Below, in pieces: positions 46,847 to 56,435 of a stretch of 64,000 bases of DNA; positions within the stretch are counted from its first letter, which is position 1; each line of letters begins with the position of its first letter. The stretch is taken from positions 1,519 through 65,518 of the forward strand of contig JBAZQV010000001.1 in the NCBI GenBank assembly GCA_041645025.1, read 5' to 3'. The translations under genes were made by a program, and so were the position numbers. The notes under the pieces are model-generated. The model was not told where the DNA came from. It searched no databases and worked only from the letters and a program-made list of their open reading frames with translations. This DNA is from Candidatus Aenigmatarchaeota archaeon. Its GTDB lineage: Archaea; Aenigmatarchaeota; Aenigmatarchaeia; GW2011-AR5.

Positions 46847-47848
46847 ATGCAAATTCTTATACGTTCTTTTCAAAGAAGACATATGATAACAGCATTACTG
46901 TTCGCAATAGGCGTAGTTCTTATCGCAGGCGTCGTGGCGTTTTTTGGCGTCAACGAGGTCATGAGCGTTGTTTTCACGGCAAACACATGGTATATAGCTG
47001 CTGCGGTGATTATTCAACTGGCAATTCTGCTGCTGCTGGCCGGCCGGCTGGTGCTCATAGCAAGAAAACACGAACACATCGGATTTATCGATGCCTTCAA
47101 AATAACCATGAGCGGCATGGCAATAAGCATGCTTACCCCGATAGCTAAGATAGGTGGCGAACCCCTCAAGATATATCTGCTTAAGAAGAAAAAAATGGAC
47201 GGATCAGAGGCTACAGCGGTAATAGCTGTTGACACACTGGCTGAACTGGTCTCTTCGCTTCTGATGGTTTTCATCATTTTCATGCTTTACGCAAGGGAGC
47301 TGCCCGGAGTTGTTTCGTCGTCGTTTATAGTTTTCCTTATTGTAGTGGCTGTTATAATTGTAGGACTGCTTAAGTTGCTTCTTAACCCAAAGTGGATGAG
47401 AAAGCTCGTCAGGTTTGCTGGCCGAAAGATTTCCAAGTTCGCTCACGTGAAGAAGAGGGACTATGCCAGGCTTTTCTATGATGCATTCCAGGTACTGATA
47501 AAGGACAAGAGCATTATTGCTTCGGCTTTTGGCATGTCTTTTCTGACAAAAATCCTTGAGTTTGCGCGCATGTGGCTTGTTTTTGCTGCCATAGGCGTGT
47601 TCCTGCCGTGGGATGTGGTACTTATTGTGTGGTCAGTAATACTTGTTCTTTACCTCGTGCCATGGCTGCCCGGTTCCTTAGGACTGATTGAACTGTTTGG
47701 CACCGGAGCTTTTGTCATGCTCGGCATCACCAGCAGCGCTGCGGCCGGCGGACTTCTTTTGGACAGGTTCATATCATTCTGGTTTGTGCTGATATTCGGC
47801 ATGCTTATCGTGACGACCATGAAGCTGCCGAAGAAAGTGAGAAGATAA
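46847..47848 (+). CDS. Polytopic membrane protein (UPF0104/flippase-like family candidate)
   Basis: 333 aa with about 8 TM helices. Confidence 0.45.
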   Translation: MQILIRSFQRRHMITALLFAIGVVLIAGVVAFFGVNEVMSVVFTANTWYIAAAVIIQLAILLLLAGRLVLIARKHEHIGFIDAFKITMSGMAISMLTPIAKIGGEPLKIYLLKKKKMDGSEATAVIAVDTLAELVSSLLMVFIIFMLYARELPGVVSSSFIVFLIVVAVIIVGLLKLLLNPKWMRKLVRFAGRKISKFAHVKKRDYARLFYDAFQVLIKDKSIIASAFGMSFLTKILEFARMWLVFAAIGVFLPWDVVLIVWSVILVLYLVPWLPGSLGLIELFGTGAFVMLGITSSAAAGGLLLDRFISFWFVLIFGMLIVTTMKLPKKVRR

Positions 47849-47889
47849 CTTTATATTCTATGGCTATAATTATAGTTATAGGTGAAAAA

Positions 47890-48087
47890 ATGACAACGAC
47901 AGTCCAAATAAGTGACACGACAAGGCAGAAATTAGAAACGTTAAAAGAACAGCTGGCAGCGGGAACATTTGACGAAGTGATATCAAAGATAGCCGACAAA
48001 GAGCTGAAAGCTCCAAAATCAATGTTCGGAAAAGCAAAAATTTCCCCCTGGAAAAAAACAGACAGGATGAAATTCCATGGCGAATAA
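47890..48087 (+). CDS. vapB: VapB-family antitoxin (start trimmed to MTTTVQISD)
   Basis: Similar to the other antitoxins; overlaps the PIN gene; 12-bp palindrome CTATAATTATAG just upstream. Confidence 0.5.
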   Translation: MTTTVQISDTTRQKLETLKEQLAAGTFDEVISKIADKELKAPKSMFGKAKISPWKKTDRMKFHGE

Positions 48088-48469
48088 ATATATGCTTGAT
48101 AGTTCCGCATGGATAGAATATTTTGCAGGCACGGCTATGGGCGAGAAAGTAAAAGAATTTCTAGAAAACGAAGAGACAACAATAGCAATATGCCTGCTTT
48201 CTATAGCTGAAATTTCTGATAAATTCTCCAAAGAAAATGAAAAATTTGACAAATCACTTGCATTCATCAAAAGCGCTTCTTCTATCGCTAATTTAACTCT
48301 GAAATCTTGTTCAGAAGCCGGGAAACTGAAAGCCGAGCGCAGAAAAATAAAAAAAGAATTTGGTTTGGTGGATGCTATTACATACTTGACTGCGAAAGAG
48401 AATTCTTGTATATTAGTTGCCAAAGACGACGATTTTGAAAACATGGATAATGTTATCTTGTTAAAATAA
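48077..48469 (+). CDS. vapC: PIN-domain toxin VapC
   Basis: MANKYMLDSSAWIEYFAG... PIN. Confidence 0.7.
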   Translation: MANKYMLDSSAWIEYFAGTAMGEKVKEFLENEETTIAICLLSIAEISDKFSKENEKFDKSLAFIKSASSIANLTLKSCSEAGKLKAERRKIKKEFGLVDAITYLTAKENSCILVAKDDDFENMDNVILLK

Positions 48470-48525
48470 TCATTTGAACTCAAAACGGTGTAATTTTTAT
48501 ATACAATTTTACTGCAGAAAGATAA

Positions 48526-49017
48526 CTAAGAATCCGACCACACATCTTCCATGTCCAATCTTTTCCAATTATCTATGTCTATCTGGATGGCAGTCCTGTC
48601 GTCTTTGAGCGCCGAGACCGCAGGGTATTTGTTACATCTATGCAGGTCTGTCTTGTAAATTTCGTTCAGCGTTCTCTCAAGCCCTTTTATTGTAAATATA
48701 CGAGGCGCTGCATAGCCGTCAGACCAGATAAGTATGCGCTTTGGCGTGTGCGCAACAAATGTTTTTACACCGCTGTGCGGCAATGTTTTTGTGCCGTCTA
48801 TTGCTGGATAAGAAAATTTATGTCCTGGCCTGTTTTGAACCCTGAATTGGGCGAGTATGCGGGGCTCTATGTAATCATGGCTGCCTTTTATATCACTTGT
48901 TTTTCTTATGTAATCTGCACGAATCTCCGCATTCCTTATGTCTATGATCTTTGTTTTCCCTGCAATTATTTTTCCATTAGCAGCGACACGAACGTCACCG
49001 ATTGCTGTGACTGCCAT
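48526..49017 (-). CDS. Hypothetical protein
   Basis: 163-aa ORF. Confidence 0.35.
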   Translation of the reverse strand: MAVTAIGDVRVAANGKIIAGKTKIIDIRNAEIRADYIRKTSDIKGSHDYIEPRILAQFRVQNRPGHKFSYPAIDGTKTLPHSGVKTFVAHTPKRILIWSDGYAAPRIFTIKGLERTLNEIYKTDLHRCNKYPAVSALKDDRTAIQIDIDNWKRLDMEDVWSDS

Positions 49018-49185
49018 TCTTTTTCTGTCTGCTATGATGTGCCCGATGTAGCCTGTTTCTATAGATGTTGAGGAAAAGGACCATGCAGGCTACTTGCAAA
49101 GGCCTAGACAAAGAGAAAGTCTTAGAAGACTTTTAGAGGCTTTGAAATCTTAGCTGTTTTTATAATTCCATGCACAATTAATTCC

Positions 49186-49389
49186 ATGCTCTCATTGCTT
49201 GCTTTTGAAAGGATTGCCAAAAAATACGGCGTCAAAAGAATTTCTCGGGAGGCGCTTGAAGAGACGCGCGAGGTTATAGAGGAACTCGGCCTTGAAATGG
49301 CTGAAAAGGCGGTAAAGGCGAGCCGCTTCGCCGGGCGCAAAACGCTCATGGAAGAAGATATCAAGTTCGTGACGGAAAAAAGGGAGTAG
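49186..49389 (+). CDS. Archaeal histone (histone-fold, HMf-like)
   Basis: 67 aa; ISREALEETREVIEELGLEMAEKAVKASRFAGRKTLMEEDIKF matches an archaeal histone helix-loop-helix. Confidence 0.6.
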   Translation: MLSLLAFERIAKKYGVKRISREALEETREVIEELGLEMAEKAVKASRFAGRKTLMEEDIKFVTEKRE

Positions 49390-50229
49390 CTACTGTGTTC
49401 TTGTATGAAGAAATTGCCATGCTTGGCTGTTTCCCATGTTTCTTATGTACTCGTTTCTTATTCGATTTATGTTTTCCAGGTATTCAGTACCGTCCCCATC
49501 TCTTGCGCGCCTAATACCTTTGTAGTATGCGCGCACGGCTAGGTTTCTGTCACATCTTGCTTCCTGTAACATTCTCCCAAACCACAGCGCGGCGGCTTCT
49601 GTAGCGATGTAGGGGTTAAAGTAATCCTCGTCTCTTATATCCCTTTTGTATATTCTGTTTATCGCTTTTCTGGCGTAGTTTGACGCTCCCGGAAGCCCTA
49701 TATCAATGTTACCTTTTTGCTGGTTGATTGCGCGATGCTCGAACCACGATTCACCCATTACTATTGCTTTCAGCGTATCAGAACCATCCTCTGTTCTGCA
49801 CGATTCATGAATGCCTGACCAATAGTCCAGCATTTTCATGAAAGCCATGGACCTTACAGGTTGCGGCACTATGTCCCATTCATTATACGACATCTTTTCC
49901 CAGATATCTTTATTCTGTATGAAATTACCATACTTTTCAAGCATCTTCTGCAAGCCTTTTTCACTTAAACCGTTTGGAACAACATCCCAGTCATCAAAAT
50001 GCGCGTTTCTCCAGAATATACCATCATGCTTGATGCCTCTTTGTGTGGTGGAAAAAGAGACTTTCACCCAGTTAACGGTCAGCGTAACGCCCAGCGGTTT
50101 ATCCGCATCTCCTACAATTGTCTGGTATGCGGTAGGCGGGTACGAATTGGGTACAATTTCCAGCGGGTCTATCTCTGTTGGCATAGCGAGCATTGCGACA
50201 GAAGCAGCGGCTGCAAGGAGTTTTTTCAT
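49390..50229 (-). CDS. Secreted protein with a possible lytic-transglycosylase (SLT/lysozyme-like) domain
   Basis: Signal peptide MKKLLAAAASVAMLA; IVMGESWFEH is a glutamate-serine motif reminiscent of SLT. Confidence 0.3.
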   Translation of the reverse strand: MKKLLAAAASVAMLAMPTEIDPLEIVPNSYPPTAYQTIVGDADKPLGVTLTVNWVKVSFSTTQRGIKHDGIFWRNAHFDDWDVVPNGLSEKGLQKMLEKYGNFIQNKDIWEKMSYNEWDIVPQPVRSMAFMKMLDYWSGIHESCRTEDGSDTLKAIVMGESWFEHRAINQQKGNIDIGLPGASNYARKAINRIYKRDIRDEDYFNPYIATEAAALWFGRMLQEARCDRNLAVRAYYKGIRRARDGDGTEYLENINRIRNEYIRNMGNSQAWQFLHTRTQ

Positions 50230-50357
50230 AGGTAAATAAATAATGACAAGGTTTTTATTTGCAGCAACGTTTCATGATGCAAGATATACATTTATATGTT
50301 TCTATTCCAATTAGAGTAAAGCAAGAAATCTTCTTTCAACATAATTGATTTTAGCAA

Positions 50358-50759
50358 GTGATAATAATGGAAAAAAGACAGACAGAAATCAAGAATCTCA
50401 AGTCGGGTTCTTTCGTGCTCATAGATGACGTGCCTTTCCGCGTGGACAAGGTGCAGAAATCCAAGTCAGGCAAGCATGGCGCTTCCAAGGCGCGCCTGTT
50501 TGCGAGCGGGCTTTTTGGAGATATCAAAAAAATCATAGTGCACCCTGGAGACACCAAGATGGATATACCTATGATAGAAAAGAAGACTGCCCAGGTTATC
50601 GCGTTGTCAGGCGATCATGCCCAGCTGATGGACCTCGTGGACTACACAAACTATGAAGTGAAAATACCGGATGAACTTAAGGGACAACTGGTGGAAGGCG
50701 ACGAGGTTGTGACGTGGGAATTTGGCACCTACAGGATGATTAAGGGAAAGAAATCGTAA
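50358..50759 (+). CDS. eif5a: Translation initiation factor 5A (aIF5A), hypusine-containing
   Basis: SKSGKHGASKA hypusination loop. Confidence 0.9.
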   Translation: MIIMEKRQTEIKNLKSGSFVLIDDVPFRVDKVQKSKSGKHGASKARLFASGLFGDIKKIIVHPGDTKMDIPMIEKKTAQVIALSGDHAQLMDLVDYTNYEVKIPDELKGQLVEGDEVVTWEFGTYRMIKGKKS

Positions 50760-50761
50760 AA

Positions 50762-51166
50762 TTATTTCACCATTATAACATTTTTCAAATCTCTAAAGTG
50801 CTCATCGCCACTTACAATCTTAAGGTTTCTGATTTTTGCAACCGCCATTATTATCGCATCGGCCATACTAATTTTATTTTTGCTGAATCGCGTTCTTAGA
50901 TTACCAGCTTCCTCTGCTACCTCTGAGTCCACCGAAACTATTTCGCTTCTCAATTTTAGGAATTGAACAAATTCTGCATAGGGCTTCCCTTCACGGGTGA
51001 ATTTATTGACAATCTCGGCAACTACTATTGAAGGCGTTATAAGATCGCCTTTTTCTATAAAGTCTTTTATCCTGATACCTATATCAGAGCCTGTGAAATA
51101 CTCGTACCACGCGTATGTGTCGATGACATAAGTTTTGGACGGATCTATGTCAATCTCTGTTGTCAT
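50762..51166 (-). CDS. vapC: PIN-domain toxin VapC
   Basis: VIDTYAWYEYFTGSD... PIN. Confidence 0.65.
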   Translation of the reverse strand: MTTEIDIDPSKTYVIDTYAWYEYFTGSDIGIRIKDFIEKGDLITPSIVVAEIVNKFTREGKPYAEFVQFLKLRSEIVSVDSEVAEEAGNLRTRFSKNKISMADAIIMAVAKIRNLKIVSGDEHFRDLKNVIMVK

Positions 51167-51356
51167 CTTGCCACATCTCTTTGCGTTCCTTTTGTGTAAG
51201 AGGCTTTAGACCCTTGGCAGCACCAAACATCGATCTTGGAATTTTTTCTGCCTTGAAAAGCGCGTCCTCTATGATATCCTCAAATGTGACGCCCCTCTCA
51301 TCCTTGAGTTGCTTCAGCTTCTTCCACATTGCGTCGTCTACTGCTATTGTTTTCAT
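51150..51356 (-). CDS. vapB: VapB-family antitoxin
   Basis: MKTIAVDDAMWKKLKQLKDERGVTFEDII is similar to the other antitoxins; overlaps the PIN gene. Confidence 0.5.
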   Translation of the reverse strand: MKTIAVDDAMWKKLKQLKDERGVTFEDIIEDALFKAEKIPRSMFGAAKGLKPLTQKERKEMWQDDNRD

Positions 51357-51725
51357 AATATCACCATTATATTTTATAAATTATAATCTATAACTTATAA
51401 AGGTTTCGGTCCTTGATGATAAAGGGAAAGAAAGTGGCTGAGCTATCCCAGTTGATTGGAGTCATTTTTGCTAAGCTTTTATATCAGGTAGATTATCATA
51501 AAGATGAAGATAAAGAGCGAAACTGGGGCGTGCCTTTGGATACAGCTAAAGCTTGGTTCACAGACCCAAGATTTGATGTGGAGTTCTCCTATGGCGTGCA
51601 CGGACACGAAGATAAAGACATGCCTCATGACACAAAATATTTCATAACTAAGATGAGAAAACTGTGATTTAAAGAAAACTTTTTAAAACGAATTTATATT
51701 ATATCATGAACCTAATTCTACTCTA

Positions 51726-52340
51726 ATGAGAAGAAAAAAACATAAAATCAGGATCTCCCGGAGAAACGAAAAGTTGCTGCATTTGCTCAAGTTCTTCGTA
51801 AAGTTCAATCTGTTTGCCATACCGCTTTACATTATCTTATTGGCGGGGTTTGAATGGACCTGGCTGGAGCAGTTTGTTGCGAACGTCGTGACTGTGATGC
51901 TTCAATCCCTTGGTTTCAGCCCTACTATGAACGGAATGCTTATTTCCATACCCATAAGGGACGGCAACTGGGCTGCTGTAATTAACTGGGATTGCACTGG
52001 CTGGAAAAGCATGCTCGCTTTCTTTGCACTGGTAATGGCAACTGAGTTTCCACTAAAACGGAAGCTAGCTGGCTTAGTGCTGATACCTGTGATATTTGTT
52101 ATTAACCTACTTAGGATAGTTTTCATGTTCTTCTATGTCAAGACCTTTGACCTGGCATACTACCAGACTGTTCATGCAGTGGTGTGGAGCTGGGGGCTAA
52201 TAGCAGCAATAATCGTTTTATGGCTCCTGTGGCTTAGGTTTGACTTTACAATGATACTCAAGAAGAAACGAAAAAGACGCAAGAGAAGCAGAAAGCGAAA
52301 AAGTATGAAAAGGACTAAGGTGAAAACGAAAAAAGTATGA
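51726..52340 (+). CDS. Exosortase/archaeosortase-family-like small membrane protein
   Basis: INWDCTGWKS resembles the C(S/T)Gxx S active-site motif; conserved Arg in NLLRIV; multi-TM; basic C-terminal tail. Confidence 0.35.
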   Translation: MRRKKHKIRISRRNEKLLHLLKFFVKFNLFAIPLYIILLAGFEWTWLEQFVANVVTVMLQSLGFSPTMNGMLISIPIRDGNWAAVINWDCTGWKSMLAFFALVMATEFPLKRKLAGLVLIPVIFVINLLRIVFMFFYVKTFDLAYYQTVHAVVWSWGLIAAIIVLWLLWLRFDFTMILKKKRKRRKRSRKRKSMKRTKVKTKKV

Positions 52341-52504
52341 AAGCGATGAGGCAAAAGCAAACCCATACCTCTGCCTTTAGTTCTTCTCAGTACTCAGTAG
52401 AAAAAACAATACAGTGAAATCAGGATTAATTTATGTGATTTCACGTATAGTTGCCAATTTATATTGGACAACTATATATACCATCCGCAGCAAAGTAAAT
52501 AATC

Positions 52505-53032
52505 ATGGTAGACAAGCTTACGGAGCTGGAAGAGCGTTTCAACAAGCTGGAAGAGAAGCTGAAGATTACTTTTATTGAACTGGAAAGACGCCTTGACCAA
52601 CAACAACCACAATCACAATCATCTTCGGAGGATCGTATACAGGAGCTCGAGGACCTTCTTTTGTTGCTACAACTGGAGAATACAAAACTCAAGGAAAAGG
52701 TTGGAGACGGACTTGACTTTGGAATAATTCCTAATGTTCCTGGCGTTTCAGAACGCCTGACCCGCGTTGAAAGCGAGCTCGCTGCACAGACAAGCGCCAC
52801 GCCGATACAGAGCGAGATTGAGACGAAAATAGCAACACTCGAGGAGAGAATAAATTCACTTCAGACAACGAACTATGTGGAAACGCGGCCTGTTGATGAG
52901 CCTGTTGATGAACCAGTTGAGGAGCATGTTGCTCTGCAACATAATAAGAAGAAAGTAAAGACAGTCAAGGAAGTGTTAGAGGAGGATTCGGATTTGCTCT
53001 CCAGCGTACAAAGAATACTGGGGCGCGCCTAA
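52505..53032 (+). CDS. Coiled-coil protein (175 aa)
   Basis: Heptad-rich LTELEERFNKLEEKLKITFIELERRLD; immediately upstream of the 783-aa coiled-coil gene. Confidence 0.4.
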   Translation: MVDKLTELEERFNKLEEKLKITFIELERRLDQQQPQSQSSSEDRIQELEDLLLLLQLENTKLKEKVGDGLDFGIIPNVPGVSERLTRVESELAAQTSATPIQSEIETKIATLEERINSLQTTNYVETRPVDEPVDEPVEEHVALQHNKKKVKTVKEVLEEDSDLLSSVQRILGRA

Positions 53033-53041
53033 GGTGTTACT

Positions 53042-55393
53042 ATGGATATAGAGAAAAAATTAAAGGAAATGGAAGAGTCCATAAAGACCATAGCAGAGTT
53101 CGTGAGGGACCAGACGGAAAAGATAGAGGCAGAGCTTTCCATGCCTGATTATTCGGACGAGATGGAGAAGATAAAGGAAACTTTTTCTGACGAAAAGGAA
53201 TACGCGCGTCTTCAGGCGAAAAAAATCGACAAGCTTGAGGGGCATGTGGAGGTGCTTCTCAAGTCGCCCAAGGACAAGTCAATGGAGGAGAAATTCAAGA
53301 AATCCATGCAGTCCACCCGTGCTGAACTTGACAAGCTTAAGCATGAGCTGATGCCAAAGGTAAAATTCATCGAGGGAAAGATGGACAAGATCAAGGAAGC
53401 AGTGGAAGAGGTTGGTGAGCTACACGAGCTAAAGGGTCACATGAAGGAACTGGAAACGAAAATGCAGGCCAGTGTTGAAGGTGTTGAAAAACAACTCAAA
53501 GAAGTCACAAACACCAACTTCGGTGATAATTACAAAAAGGAACTGGAGAGATTGAATGAGGGAATGCTGGCGCGGTTCAAGGACAATAACGTGGAATACT
53601 TTGAGAAGCTGGGTTATATTGAACAACGCGTCAACTCGCTAACTGGAAAGGTCGACAAAACCTCCAATGATGATATCCTGCAGAAAGTCAAAAGCCTGGA
53701 CGAAAAGCTTGGCAACCTGAAGGAGTCGCTAGACGGTATTGCTGCCCTGAATCCAGAGGAGATGAAAGACCGCGTTGATTTCATAGACAACAAGCTCAAT
53801 GAGACACTTGTCAATAAGAACCAGCTGGATGACATGGAAAAAACCTTAAGGGAAACCAGGGCTGTTGCGAACAGGTTCAAGGATTTCAATGCCGAGGAAT
53901 ACAGGGAGGAACTGGTCAAGGAAATAAACGGTGCTATTGAAAATTTCAAACGCAGGGAATTCGGCAACATAAAAGACATCGGCGAGTCGCTTTCAAGGTT
54001 CAAGAACCTGGAATTAAGCGACGTAAGAAAGATAAACTCACTTGTCGAGGAGCTGAAGGGACTTGAGATAGATGATGTCAAAGCCATGAAAAACATCGAG
54101 ACACGCGACATAAGACGGCTGAGCACGGCGCTCGACGAAATGAAGGGCGTCGAGCTGGAGGACATCGGAAGGCTCTCACGGCAGCTCAAGGATGCGCGGG
54201 AGTCCATTCGCGCGGAAATTGGCAACAAGCAGGCAACAGAGGAGAGACTTGCTTCAATTGAATCAAAGATGGAGGAGCTAAAGCGGGCTGAGAAAAAATT
54301 CGACAAGCATATAGGCGACATACTTGACCAGTTCAAGGATATGGAGGCGCACAACGTAAAGGACATGGCAAAACAGCTCAAGGAAGCGAAGGAGCTGCTG
54401 GAAGACGAATCAGTGAGCAGGCAGTCGTTTGAAAAACGCGTATTTGATATTGAAAACAAGGTACAAAACTTTGAAAAGAGCACTGCAAAAACCCTCGAAC
54501 AGTTCAAGCACTTCGAAGGCGAGGAAGTGAAAAAACTCAAGCAGCTGGCTGAACATTTCGAGCACCTTGAGTCAGATGACATAAAGAAGCTCAAAGAAAA
54601 CATGGAACACTTCAGCGAGCTGGAATCAGATGACATAAAGAAGCTCAAGGAAATGGTAGCGAACTTCGAGCACCTGAAGACTGAGGACATAGGCAAGCTG
54701 AAGCAGATGGTGGAACACTTCGGCAGTCTCGAATCCGATGACATAAAGAAATTGAGGGGAGCTATGGAGCAGCTCAAGGGTCTTGAGGCGCATGATATCA
54801 GCAGCCTTACGGAGAAAATGAAAAATGCGACAGAAGCGCTGGAAGATGAATCTGTAAACAGACAATCGATGGAAAAACGCATCATGGACTTGGAATCAAA
54901 GACCGAGAAAATCGACAGCATGGAGATTCATGATATTGAAAATCTCGCCAATGAGATGAAATACGCCAAGGAAACTCTGGAAGAGGAGTCGGTGACACGG
55001 CAATCACTTGAAAAACGGCTTCATGCTATTGAAACAGACATGAGCCAGGTGCGCGGTGTAGAGGCCGGACAGGAGAACGCCGAAAAAGTTGACGTTACAA
55101 AGCTCAGCAACCGGATCCAGGATATGGAAAGCAACATGAAACTTATGACCGTCAGACTGCTTACACAGCAGCTGAACGAGTTCGCAAAGTCAATTGACAG
55201 AAGGCTGCCAAACATTGTCAGCCGCGAGGAGTACCTAAGGCAGATAGCTGACTTGAACCAGCGCATACGCACCGTGGAAGCACCGGACCTCGCACCACTG
55301 GGCGCACGCGTCGGAAGGCTGGAGAAGAAGCTGGAAGAAATAGCTGGAATGATGCGCGGTATGTACAACCGGATTCCTATTGTTGTCGAATAA
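53042..55393 (+). CDS. Large coiled-coil protein (783 aa) with tandem 18-aa repeats
   Basis: Repeats HFEHLESDDIKKLKENME / HFSELESDDIKKLKEMVA / NFEHLKTEDIGKLKQMVE ...; no TM segment or signal peptide. Confidence 0.55.
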   Translation: MDIEKKLKEMEESIKTIAEFVRDQTEKIEAELSMPDYSDEMEKIKETFSDEKEYARLQAKKIDKLEGHVEVLLKSPKDKSMEEKFKKSMQSTRAELDKLKHELMPKVKFIEGKMDKIKEAVEEVGELHELKGHMKELETKMQASVEGVEKQLKEVTNTNFGDNYKKELERLNEGMLARFKDNNVEYFEKLGYIEQRVNSLTGKVDKTSNDDILQKVKSLDEKLGNLKESLDGIAALNPEEMKDRVDFIDNKLNETLVNKNQLDDMEKTLRETRAVANRFKDFNAEEYREELVKEINGAIENFKRREFGNIKDIGESLSRFKNLELSDVRKINSLVEELKGLEIDDVKAMKNIETRDIRRLSTALDEMKGVELEDIGRLSRQLKDARESIRAEIGNKQATEERLASIESKMEELKRAEKKFDKHIGDILDQFKDMEAHNVKDMAKQLKEAKELLEDESVSRQSFEKRVFDIENKVQNFEKSTAKTLEQFKHFEGEEVKKLKQLAEHFEHLESDDIKKLKENMEHFSELESDDIKKLKEMVANFEHLKTEDIGKLKQMVEHFGSLESDDIKKLRGAMEQLKGLEAHDISSLTEKMKNATEALEDESVNRQSMEKRIMDLESKTEKIDSMEIHDIENLANEMKYAKETLEEESVTRQSLEKRLHAIETDMSQVRGVEAGQENAEKVDVTKLSNRIQDMESNMKLMTVRLLTQQLNEFAKSIDRRLPNIVSREEYLRQIADLNQRIRTVEAPDLAPLGARVGRLEKKLEEIAGMMRGMYNRIPIVVE

Positions 55394-55400
55394 GTAAGAC

Positions 55401-55451
55401 TTTTCTTTGGAAAAGAAAATCCTTAAGCCAAAAGAAACATATTATAAAAAG
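55401..55451 (+). promoter_or_regulatory. U-rich palindrome (CTTTTCTTTGGAAAAGAAAA) plus BRE/TATA-like AAAAGAAACATATTATAAAAAG module
   Basis: Follows the stop of the 783-aa gene and lies ~58 bp upstream of the epimerase ATG. Confidence 0.45.
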
Positions 55452-55508
55452 AGTCTCACTAGCGCTCGCGATAATTACGTTTTAATCTGTTTCTGAATCA
55501 TTAGTCCT

Positions 55509-56435
55509 ATGAAGATACTTGTTACCGGCGGGACAGGGTTTCTTGGTCAGCGGGTAGTGGAAAAACTTGGAAAACACAAAGTTATTGTTTTTTCGAGAAG
55601 CCTGAAAAAAAGCAAAAAAGCTGCACAGGTTCTTGGAGACATAACAAATTCGGATGAACTGGAAAAGGCATTTCCTGTTGACGTGGTTATTCATCTTGCT
55701 GCAGTTCTTGACGAGCACAGCAGTGATTTGTTCAAGATAAATGTTGAAGGAACGAGGAACGTCATAGATCTATGCAAAAAATACAAAGTCAAACAACTCA
55801 TACATATGAGTTCCACAGCTGCTCTTGGCGAGACAAAATTTGCCAAGGAAGACTCACCAAGAAATCCAAAGACAAACTACGAAAAGTCGAAGCGCGACGC
55901 AGAGGACATTGTAATAAATTCCGGTCTTAACTACACGATAATAAGGGCCCCTGTTATTTTTGGCCCAAGCAAAATATGGCTTGATGTAATAAAAGCCGCA
56001 GAAAGAGGATTTCCGATTATTGGCAACGGCTCAAACCATTTTCATGTGGCCTATGTGGATGATGTTGCCTCGTTGATTGTCAAAGCTATAGGAAACAAAA
56101 AAACCTATAAACAGATTTTTCACATTGCCGCTAGCGATACGCCTACTTACAGGGAATTCTACTCGATGCTTTGCAGGGCACTGGGCATAGAGATGACAAA
56201 GAAGAGTGTGGCCGTGACTACAGTAAGAATAATTTCTGCTATTCATAGAGTTTCATCTAAACTGAGAGGCAAAAAACCAAAGGCAATAATTGAAAAATCA
56301 AATATTGACAGAATAATACGGGACAGGATTGTTTCGACAAAGAAGATACAGACAATTCTACGCTTTAAACCGACAACAACAAAAAGAGCAATAGGTGAAA
56401 CTGTGAATTACTTTAAAAAGTCTGGTTTGATTTGA
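55509..56435 (+). CDS. NAD-dependent epimerase/dehydratase family protein
   Basis: VTGGTGFLGQRVV Rossmann motif; 308 aa. Confidence 0.75.
   Translation: MKILVTGGTGFLGQRVVEKLGKHKVIVFSRSLKKSKKAAQVLGDITNSDELEKAFPVDVVIHLAAVLDEHSSDLFKINVEGTRNVIDLCKKYKVKQLIHMSSTAALGETKFAKEDSPRNPKTNYEKSKRDAEDIVINSGLNYTIIRAPVIFGPSKIWLDVIKAAERGFPIIGNGSNHFHVAYVDDVASLIVKAIGNKKTYKQIFHIAASDTPTYREFYSMLCRALGIEMTKKSVAVTTVRIISAIHRVSSKLRGKKPKAIIEKSNIDRIIRDRIVSTKKIQTILRFKPTTTKRAIGETVNYFKKSGLI

Noticed and set aside
54540-54800. Tandem ~54-bp DNA repeats that might look like a CRISPR-type array
   Set aside because: They lie inside a long ORF and encode in-frame 18-aa coiled-coil repeats; there are no unique spacers. No CRISPR array was found anywhere in the window.
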